NCBI RefSeq assembly: GCF_006345805.1 | Contig: NC_042998.1 | Location: forward strand, 185,876,001-185,940,000 | Direction: 5' to 3' | Source of the DNA: Octopus sinensis | Lineage: Eukaryota | Length of the DNA stretch: 64,000 nt | Shown here: piece after piece, positions 56,140 through 64,000 of the stretch | How the letters are laid out: each line of letters opens with the position of its first letter | How positions within the stretch are numbered: position 1 is the first letter of the stretch | Notes under the pieces: model-generated | Told to the model about the DNA's origin: nothing | Databases searched by the model: none | The model's input: only the letters and a program-made list of their open reading frames with translations | Made by a program: the position numbers and the translations under genes

Positions 56140-56692
56140 CTTTCTTGCCCGGTTATTCTTGAGAGGGTCGTAGTGGCTCAGTTGATCCGGCTGGATCCTT
56201 AAGCGAGACCGACTGAGCTCATGGATATTATCCGACCATTTTGCTCGTAGCCTACACCTGAGTCTCCTGCCGGTTGGTTTTGTCGGTAAGACCTGTCCAG
56301 CGATTCTTTTCCACGACATTCTTACAACATACACATAGTATCGGAGCTGTGATATCTAAATTCGGAGCACCGCTTTGATATCAAAATAACCCCATCTCGG
56401 TCGCTTGTATTGAATGACTTCGACTTAATACCATTCAGCCGAACACAAATGCTATGACATTCGTATAGAGACTCCATGGCAACAAGAAGCTGTTCATCGT
56501 TCCCATACACCTGCAGAACCTTTCCCAAGTCCTGTGGAACGTGGTCGTGTGCCTTTTCGAGGTCTACAAAACAAGCATACATCACTTGACAACATTACCA
56601 CGATTTCTTGAAAACCTGCCGCAGTGTGGATATTTGGTCAGCTATGCTGCGTCTTGGGCGAAAACCACATTATTCACCAATCAATGTGTATT
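56140..56692 (-). mobile_element. RTE-clade LINE fragment, internally deleted
   Basis: CGFRPRRSIADQISTLRQV..YACFVDLEKAHDHVP; C-terminal LPTKPTGRRLRCRLRAKWSD. Confidence 0.85.
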
Positions 56693-56850
56693 CGACAATA
56701 TCCCTACATCTCTTCTATTTTTAATCTATATTCTCAAAACTTTTGTTGTTATTTTTATTTATTCTTTTATTTTATGTCGACTCTAGGTGACTAGTTGTCA
56801 TTTGACAGGTACTTATTATCTTGCCGATGTCAAAAGAGTGCTAATTACCA

Positions 56851-57361
56851 ACAGCAAATATTCTGCTCAATACCATCTTGGTATAAAAGATGGGCTACAG
56901 CAAATATTCTGCTCAGTAATGCAGATTTGCTTGTCAATTGTTTTACCTTTACCAGTTGAGCATGTCTGTTGGTGGCTGACAATATGTGCCTCTCTGATCA
57001 CGGGCAGTAATAGTGGGGGAGCATCATAGCCATATGTTGAGAGGAATTCTTTGGGGTTCGAATAATTCGCCTCTGGAAACATGGGTATGTCGTTCAACAT
57101 CCTTAAACAACCCTTATTCAGGAACCTTTTGAGCGGGATGGGTACTCGATCTGAAGAAAATTCTAACTGGAACCCATCTGCAAAATCATGCACTGTTTAT
57201 TTTGACATAGGATCACCATATCGCACATATATAGTTGTGTGGTATGTACTCAGTGTACTCTTATCAGACGGGTAGTCAAAATGAATATATTGGGCTTTGT
57301 ACATTTGTAACCTGGTGTTACTTTGATGGCATGCGCTGCACCCTCACTCAATAATAATAAT
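56851..57361 (+). mobile_element. Unclassified repeat X (copy 2)
   Basis: Homologous to 40980-41464, with (TAA)4 tail. Confidence 0.8.
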
Positions 57362-58097
57362 CCTGTATTTTATTAACCTCAAGGGCCCACACACACAGTA
57401 CAAAACGTTCCATATAAAGAGGTTACAAGACATGTGGGGCGCATGCTATAATTCTCCACTCCTTTTAGAGGTACATTACTGTTTAAGAATTAATATTTTG
57501 ATTAGAAGGCACTTCCTGCCCCTGACGGTCCATGATAATAGTAGAATAACAATACAGAAATGTAAGCATAATTCTCCATAAAATATGAAATATATCTGAT
57601 AATATCACCGAAACTAATCTTAAGTTAATAAGGTCAATCCTAAGTTAAGAAGACAGTAGCACTACATGGAGCACAATGCATGCTACTGACACTTATTACA
57701 TGCATGTACTTATATTGTTGAAATAGCATACATATGAAGAAATAAGGTCAATACAAGAGACAAGGAAAACAAAAGAGAATGAACATTTGAATATAAAACC
57801 AAACAAAGCGGAACGACACCAGTATATACAACTGATACTTGTTATTATATTATACGTATGACACATGAGATTCTTAAACAATAAACATACTGTTTAAATA
57901 GCGCACACAAACAAATACATCTAACACATACATAAATAAAGAATAGATAAACGCTTGAGAAAATCACAGCAAAACAAAACGAAATTATGACTATAAGCTA
58001 CACTTAATGAAATAAGATAAAATCATAGCTGTTTTGAAAGAAATGTTCCGAGATATATCAGTCAGTAACAAAACACTATCATCCAGGACAGGACACA

Positions 58098-59369
58098 TTG
58101 GGTTGGCAACTAAGTTCCTGCCGTTCTTTTTTTAATTTAATTTTTTTAAAAGGTTTAATAAAAAATAACAACTAATTAATCAATGATGTATTCACCCTTG
58201 TTGTTTACAACTTCTTCCCAACGTTCAACAAGATTTTCAATACCTCGTTGGTAGAAATCACCCAACCAAGCTTTCAATTCTGCATCAGTACTAAACGAAA
58301 CTCCGCGCATAGCATTTGATTGAGATCGAAAGAGGTGGAAATCCGTAGGTGCCAAATCAGGAGATTACGGCGGGTGTGGCACCACTCCCCAGCCATGCGT
58401 TTGAATGGCTTCCTTGGTCGTATTGGCGATATAAGGGCGGGCGTTGTCGTGCAGCAGAACTCCTTGCTGATGATTAGGTCTTTCCCCTTGAACAGCCGTG
58501 TTGAGTCGTTCCATCTGTTGGACATAGAGTTCCGCGTTGACCGTTTGGTTCCGTTCAAGCAATTCGTAATGGATAATCCCTGCCCATACGCACAACATCG
58601 TTTTACGCAGATGAAGATCTTGTTTCACGTGCGGTGTCGCTTGTTTACCGGGGCTGAGCCATTCATTACGCTGCTTCATATTTGATGTACAGGCACCATT
58701 TTTCGTCGTCAGTAACGATTCGGTAAAGAAATCGTTGCTTGTGTCCATGAGTTGAGCGGTGACGAGCAAGCAAACCAGCGGAGGTTGTGGTTCGTTGATT
58801 TTTGTTGTTGTCACTTAAAGCATGCAGAACTCACCCTCCATACTTCTGAACCTTTCCCATCGAGTGAAGATGCTTCTCTATAGCAGTGTGGGAGCATTCC
58901 ATTTTCTCTGCCAGTTCCCTTGTCGTTTGACGAGAATTTTCGTGCAAAAGTTGGTTTAATCGCTATCCATCGAACTCAAGTGGACGGCCAGAACGAGGTG
59001 CGTCTTAGAGGTAAAAATTTCCATTTTTGAACTTGGCATACCAATCACGAGCGGTACTTTTAGTTATGGCACCCTCTCCATACACAGCATAAATGTTGCG
59101 AGCAGCTTTTGCGGCCTTAGAACCTTGATTAAAAGCAAAAAGAAGGTGTCGAAAATACTAATTTTGTTTTTTAACTTGACATTCCATTTTAATGATCTGA
59201 AAATAAATAAAAATTAACTAAAATTAACTAGAAAAAACCCCCCAAAAAACAAAAGTAGCTTCCAAAATGATTCAAAAATAGAATTCTCGAAAAAATAGAT
59301 TCCAAAATTTAAAAGACGCAATAAATTCCCAGATTTAAAAAAACGGCGGGAACTTAGTTGCCAACCCAA
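58098..59369 (-). mobile_element. Full-length mariner (D,D34D) DNA transposon, 1272 bp
   Basis: 28-bp TIRs TTGGGTTGGCAACTAAGTTCC(T/C)GCCGTT with 1 mismatch; TA on right, CA on left. Confidence 0.95.
58176..59187 (-). pseudogene. Mariner transposase pseudogene
   Basis: MECQV..RDWYAKFKNG; IVTDDEKW; MLCVW; LLHDNARP; HPP*SPDLAPTDFHLF; EYIID*. Stops and frameshifts present. Confidence 0.92.
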
Positions 59370-59788
59370 TATTATGGATTTCAAAGCTTGAATTTATTGC
59401 GACCATGACATAAAGAACACATGGTTCTACAGTTGCGTCCTCGGAAAAGGTTAACCATAATCAGAAAGAATTGTCTCTTACTGTTAGCACCCAGAATAAA
59501 AGCAAGATTAAAGCAGAACGCTGGATTAATGAACATCACATTAGAGTGTTAAATGCCTATTACATATCAATACATGAGTTTCATGAAAGTGATGTATAAG
59601 TTATGGGAAAGAAGTGAGGGAAATATCACTGCAAACAAATTTGTAAATGTACGGAGATTTATAATGAACAATAACTAGATTCCAAAATAAGAATAAAACA
59701 AATCTTATGGAAATGCATACTAAACATAAAACGAAACCGACTGCACATAAAAATAATCTTACACAAAATAATTACAGAATAATAATAA

Positions 59789-60183
59789 TCTCTATATATA
59801 TATAAAGCTGAAGTTGTCTCTGTATGGCAGGTTTGGTAGACTTCAACTAACAATATCTCCTCCAAGACCCTGCGGCGCAAGTTGACCAAAATTGAGAGTA
59901 TGATAGAAGAAGGCTTGCTCTTCCTTCTGTAGAAGAAAAAAATCAAATCGGACCATGTTAACACCAAAAGTTATTTACATCAAAAAGGTACTTTTTTTCT
60001 ATGAAAATCCTTATTTTTTTACGATTTTTTGACTGCTGTGTCGCCATTTTTCGGTGTATTTCAACCAGAAAAATGTTCACTTACAGAGAATAACAAGCTA
60101 CATGATGCAAAAGTTTTACTTTTCAAAAATTTCAATTCTAAAGGGTCGAAACAAACCCGAGCAACGCCGGGCGATACTGCTAA
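59789..60183 (+). mobile_element. Non-autonomous Helitron, 395 bp
   Basis: 5' A/TCTCTATATATATAAAG; 3' hairpin CCCGAGCAACGCCGGG (60156-60171), then CTAA/T (CTRR); inserted between A and T with no TSD. Confidence 0.88.
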
Positions 60184-60884
60184 TAAAATAATAAAAGTTT
60201 GCTCTCAATACGAGACACAGAAGGCTCCATAAATGTCAGAAAATAATCCAACGACCATATATAAAATGAAGGAGTCCTCATGATAAGTGAAAATACTACT
60301 GACACCCTCTCTTTACAATAAACAAACAGGGTATTACAGCAAATCAGAGACAGAGACACAGAAAAAGAAAAATAGAACTAAATTTCTAATAGACTGTGAA
60401 GGCCACAGAAAATCCTCAAAGAAACACACGATCACAAGAATATAAACAACAAATACAATAAAAACACGTATCCCATCAGAAAAAATCAGGATTAGCATTG
60501 AGAAGGGCCTACGTGAAATAATAGATAAAATACAAGGGAACATAACAAAAGAGATAAATGGAGATCAGGATAAGCACCTGCCTAAGCTACACACGAAAAA
60601 GTAGCTCTACAAAGAAACATGTAAATAAATATGAAAGTACTGTGCTAGAAATTCTATCCACAGCAATAAATTACCTGAAGTTCAACCACCTGAATAATCA
60701 GTGTGTGTGTTTGTGTGTGTTTGTATCCAACTACACACACGTGCGCGTGTACATAATGTTGAAACTATTGGTGCATACAGAAGATAATCGTGTACTTTTT
60801 CATAAGTGTATGTAATGGTAGAATCATCCACCATCTTTCCAAGAATTTTGAATTCAGTATCTCTACCAAACGTGGGCATACTTC

Positions 60885-61025
<141 letters not shown>

Positions 61026-61156
61026 AGAAGGCTTCGAGATGATGTACAGGTATTATATATTAGAAGAAATGAGGTAGTCAGAAATTATAAAAACATATAA
61101 CATACTAATAATATCTGTAAATATAAAACCATCCAAATTTCTGAGTACCTCACGTC

Positions 61157-61192
<36 letters not shown>

Positions 61193-61507
61193 ATATTTCG
61201 TGGGGAAAAAGACACAGACACAAACTGTATAATATATAAACCCATATACACATAGAAAAGACACACACACACACATACTTAAGATGAAATAAATAAATTA
61301 AAGAAAAAAAATATATAAAGGGCAGGGACACAAACGATATAAGTGAACCTATATACACACTCACTAAACATTAGCATCATGCGTGTGTGTTTATTTAGTA
61401 AGAGTAAAAATGACCGTCCTGAACTATAAAAATATCTGTTTCAACACATGATTTCACTTCAGGAATCTTGCAAAACAAATTTATAAACGTGTGTGTTTGT
61501 ATATATG

Positions 61508-61551
<44 letters not shown>

Positions 61552-61762
61552 GAAACACCAAGTAAATTAGAGGTTGTGGATCCAACCCACTAAGGGATAA
61601 TACTTATCCAATATGCTGTTGGTATAATACCCAAATTATTAATACACAAGTGTTTTTAATTACAAGGCAATGCAATAAACTTACTTATTGTATTAAATGG
61701 GTGAAATATTTTACCATTAATTTATATTACAAATAAGAAAATGGGGAAACACATTAGTTGGT

Positions 61763-61867
61763 TTATCAGCTTTAGGATATTAGAATGTTGACTTATTTAT
61801 TTATCAAAACGACAACCATGTTTTGATAAATAAATAAGTCAACATTCTAATATCCTAAAGCTGATAA
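61763..61867. repeat. Perfect 48-bp inverted repeat with 9-nt spacer
   Basis: 61763-61810 is the exact reverse complement of 61820-61867. Confidence 0.95.
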
Positions 61868-61932
61868 GTCAAGCAATGTGTTTCTCCATTTTCTTATTTG
61901 TAATATTATATATATATATTATTTTTATTTAT

Positions 61933-62237
61933 GCGCCCTTTTCAAACCTAGCCAGGCTCATGGGCCCGGTTTCCCGGTTTCTATGGCGTATGTGTTTCCC
62001 CCAGCTGGACGGGACGCCAGTCCATCGCAGCGTTACTCAAGAAACAGGAAGAAAGAGTGAGAGAAAGTTTGGGCGAAAGAGTACAACAGGGGTCGTCACC
62101 CCCCCCCCCCGCTGTCGAAGCCTCGTGGAGCTCTAGGTGTTTTCGCTCAATAAACGCACACAACGCCCGGTCCGGGAATCGAAACCGCGATCCTCCGACC
62201 GCGAGTCCGCTGCCCTAACCACTGGGCCATTGCGTCT

Positions 62238-62240
<3 letters not shown>
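61933..62240 (-). mobile_element. SINE-C variant with a different central segment
   Basis: A box TGGCCCAGTGGTTAGG, B box GGTTTCGATTCCC; tail shared with 6927 copy. Confidence 0.9.
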
Positions 62241-62285
<45 letters not shown>

Positions 62286-62308
62286 GTATGTATGTATGGA
62301 TGGATGTG

Positions 62309-62359
<51 letters not shown>

Positions 62360-62638
62360 ATTCGAGACAAAACCACTATTTAAAAACCAAACAAGGAAAG
62401 ACTTAATCAATACATAAAATTTTAATATAAATTAAATAAACCGCCACTACAAATGTTTCATGTCTGCTCCGATAATCTTCAGGTGGATTTTCGATCTTCT
62501 AATCAGTATCAAATTTTGTCTCGAATTATATTATATAATATTTTACTATAAAATTGGATTTAACCCTAAATCTGATTTCCCTGTAATTTTGGATTCATTC
62601 CCTATATTAATATATATATATATATATATAATATATAT

Positions 62639-62689
<51 letters not shown>

Positions 62690-63102
62690 TGTATTATATA
62701 TATATGCGGGCTGCGTTGCGTTCCGTTACTTAAGAATTGAAGACATATATAGTAAATGCATTTTTTCACTCACATACACACACACACACACACACATACA
62801 TACATACATAAATACATACATATGATTAGATGCATTCGAAGCTGGACGATTAAACCATTTAAGTCTTGGCTCTAATGTTAATCACGTTAAAATCCCGCCG
62901 TCGTTTGTACACCCGGGTGGTCCGTACTCGAGGATGAGCTGTGACATAATATAAAAAACACGGCAATAATAAAAGAAAAGAGTGTGTGCATTGACTTGGT
63001 ATTTCCTTATTTCACCCTGAGCACTGTTCTAAGTCAATAGCCACATAAGATATCTCCACAGTTTATGTCATACTTCACTGTTTCATCGACACACTATCTA
63101 TA

Positions 63103-63359
63103 CGTGTGGTTCTCAGCAGGGGTCTGCACGACCCTTGGAGGTCCACATAAGATTTTGCTGTTAAGATTTATGTGCAATAATTTGGTTACGCTTCTGCAAT
63201 GCGCAAAATATTTTAAGAATTTTTCTATACATTTCCGAATAATATATGCTTCTAAAAATATAATGGAACTTTTTTTAAACACCGAATGTCTATGGGGGTC
63301 CAGTGAAGTAAAACAGGAATCAAAGGGGTCCACAGACAAAAAATGGTTGAGAACCACTG
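63103..63359. mobile_element. hAT-type MITE
   Basis: Ends C(GT)GTGGTTCTCAGC / GTTGAGAACCACTG; partially matching 8-bp flanks TATCTATA / GTCCTATA. Confidence 0.65.
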
Positions 63360-63879
63360 GTCCTATACTTTAGAGGATAATGGTTCAGCTCGCTAAGTCA
63401 TTCCCGGCCATTTTGGATTTATAACGGTTTTGTGTATTAAACTATTCATCACTTCATCTTCTTCCTCTACCTTCTGCTTCTTGCCAGTTTCCTTCCACGA
63501 ATCTTTTTTTTATTTGAGTTTATCCTTTGAGAATCGCTACAGCAGTAGCAGCAACAGCACTGTCCTCATCATACCAGACATCTACAATTCAGAGATTATG
63601 TTTGGAACCAAAAAAAAAAAAGAAAAAAAAAACTTCAGTTAACTATCTCTCACATAGAGTGCAGATATGCTGAAAGCATTTTGGAAAACAAGTAAAACAG
63701 CAAAAAAAAAAAAAAAAGGATGATCATGAGCAACAGAAACAACAAAAACAAAGAAAATTGTAAGAACAGCTTAGAAGAGGAACAAGAATCACGGTAAATA
63801 TAATATGAATAGCACAAGTAGTGACGTAAAGAATTTCAGTAACTGTAAATTTATCAACAGCGACACCTGCGGTCGTTAC

Positions 63880-63912
63880 AATAACAACGACGACAACAAC
63901 AGCAGCAGCAGC

Positions 63913-63979
<67 letters not shown>

Positions 63980-64000
63980 CAACAACAACAACAACAGCAA
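63880..64000. repeat. (AAC)n/(AGC)n to window end
   Basis: Direct reading. Confidence 0.95.

Noticed and set aside
57654-57688. 8-bp inverted repeat CAGTAGCA/TGCTACTG
   Set aside because: Too short; expected by chance.
60200-60660. A-rich, LINE-like decayed coding-looking sequence
   Set aside because: No diagnostic motif in any frame I could read.
63430-63600. Acidic/Ala-rich minus-strand segment, possibly a transposase N-terminus
   Set aside because: Low complexity with no catalytic motif; unsupported.

Overview
AT-rich eukaryotic (metazoan) genomic DNA, packed with microsatellites and decayed transposable elements. I recognise the SINE families and repeat composition as octopus/cephalopod-like; this is inference, not a database match. 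There is no intact long gene, rRNA, true tRNA or CRISPR array, and nearly all ORF-track entries are microsatellite translations. Supported content: (1) about 12 copies from several families of R4/Dong-type RLE non-LTR retrotransposons, stacked in (TAA)n tracts; (2) three tRNA-derived SINE families with about 30 copies, often nested; (3) Penelope-like fragments carrying hammerhead-ribozyme-like motifs, including a 530-bp head-to-head palindrome; (4) a full-length decayed mariner, MITEs, a decayed Helitron helicase, a clean non-autonomous Helitron, and RTE and CR1-group fragments; (5) two weak candidate host-gene exons on the + strand. The most interesting signals are the twin/tandem hammerhead arrangement at 4.6-5.5 kb, an apparently site-preferring (RRTAYT) SINE that inserts into itself, the self-renewing (TAA)n landing pads for R4/Dong elements, and two long inverted repeats.
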